Below are positions 19,860 to 20,000 of a stretch of 20,000 nt of DNA, one piece after another. A model generated the notes under the pieces. That model saw only the letters and a program-made list of their open reading frames with translations. It had not been told where the DNA came from and made no database searches. The stretch covers positions 61,711-81,710 of the forward strand of contig PNXW01000517.1 in the NCBI GenBank assembly GCA_013265495.1, in the 5' to 3' direction. Within the stretch, counting starts at the first letter, position 1. Every line of letters begins with the position of its first letter. The translations under genes were made by a program, and so were the position numbers. The stretch comes from Vicugna vicugna. Taxonomy: Eukaryota.

Positions 19860-20000
19860 GGGGATGGATACACCTCAAGTGGTAGAGTGCCTATTTAGCA
19901 TGCATGAGGTCCGGAGTTCAATCTCAAGTATCGCCTCTAAAGTCAATCAATCAACTTACCCTCCCAACAAAAAATATAATAAGTTAAGAAAAAAAAAAAA
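19860..20000 (+). mobile_element. tRNA-derived SINE, camelid Vic-1-like
   Basis: GGGGATGGATACACCTCAAGTGGTAGAGTGCCTATTTAGCATGCATGAGGTCCGGAGTTCAATC (A and B boxes), then an A-rich tail to the window end. Confidence 0.85.

Noticed and set aside
19860..19935. tRNA gene
   Set aside because: Degenerate A/B boxes followed by a SINE body and A-tail.

Overview
This is eukaryotic, repeat-dense mammalian DNA, most likely camelid (Camelus/Vicugna/Lama) from the Vic-1-like tRNA SINE and the L1 3' ends. The main feature is an intronless ATMIN (ASCIZ) retrocopy on the minus strand (~15616-19511). It has a poly(A) tail, an ATTAAA signal, a 21-bp target-site duplication and an L1-endonuclease TTTT/AA site, and it sits inside the reverse-transcriptase remnant of an ERV1. 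The retrocopy has lost its ATG (now TTG) and carries a frameshifting 5' deletion, yet keeps a 604-codon open frame. That frame has a precise in-frame internal deletion of ~176 codons whose junction could be a spliced-out exitron. The rest of the window holds at least three decayed minus-strand ERV1 (MER4/MER41-like) bodies, a plus-strand solo LTR rich in CCAAT/octamer motifs, several L1 fragments, microsatellites and a few candidate plus-strand micro-exons. Repeat names and comparisons with human ATMIN are from memory, not from database searches.
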